DNA of 64,000 bases from IMG/VR virus record IMGVR_UViG_3300014205_000003, positions 1-64,000 of that record, one strand, 5' to 3'. The notes beneath the pieces were generated by a model. That model saw only the letters and a list, made by a program, of their open reading frames with translations, was not told the origin of the DNA and ran no database searches. A program made the translations under genes and the position numbers. Source of the stretch: a virus. Its lineage: Duplodnaviria; Caudoviricetes. Positions 63,929-64,000 of this stretch are shown in pieces (position 1 is the first letter of the stretch; each line of letters starts with the position of its first letter).

Positions 63929-64000
63929 ATGGTATTCAAGACAGCGATTAAGAACAATCTGGGCTATGAACGTCGATTGATGTGGTTGAAGGGTGGATTG
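63929..64000 (+). CDS. Partial CDS running off the window
   Basis: AAGGA RBS; MVFKTAIKNNLG... Confidence 0.5.
   Translation, partial: MVFKTAIKNNLGYERRLMWLKGGL

Noticed and set aside
1-64000. Stop-codon reassignment
   Set aside because: Genes tile densely in the standard code, and TAG and TGA end genes at sensible junctions. The only tRNA is Gly(UCC), not a suppressor.

Overview
The window is a 64-kb segment of a very large (jumbo-type) tailed bacteriophage. Almost all genes are on the + strand, tightly packed, and read well in the standard code. Layout: (i) 1-10 kb, small accessory ORFs, a repeat protein and a DHH phosphoesterase; (ii) 10.5-13.4 kb, Thr-rich collagen-like fibre genes plus a GC-rich acquired module; (iii) 14.9-18.8 kb, a glycosyltransferase cluster (three GT7-like, one GT6, one GT11), with a further GT2 and a WbdD-like methyltransferase-kinase elsewhere; (iv) 20-48 kb, a probable portal and many unrelated, low-complexity or Gly-zipper proteins that share an N-terminal AFxxGYxxKxA leader or KxA motifs; (v) a multisubunit RNA polymerase in three pieces (beta-N, beta-C fused to beta'-N, beta'-C); (vi) three TnpB elements, tRNA-Gly(UCC) and an i-type lysozyme; (vii) a head module (protease, scaffold, decoration, major capsid) followed by an HNH endonuclease. 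The most notable observations are: a candidate capsid-targeting and processing signal system (leader plus KxA) that also marks an RNAP subunit and the head proteins; a dispersed palindrome at module boundaries; TnpB right ends that donate start or stop codons to the phage genes they hit; a peptidase gene that becomes an open frame again after one excision and one inversion; and synonymous-variant copies of a capsid sequence next to the HNH promoter. All calls come from motif recognition by eye; no database search was run.
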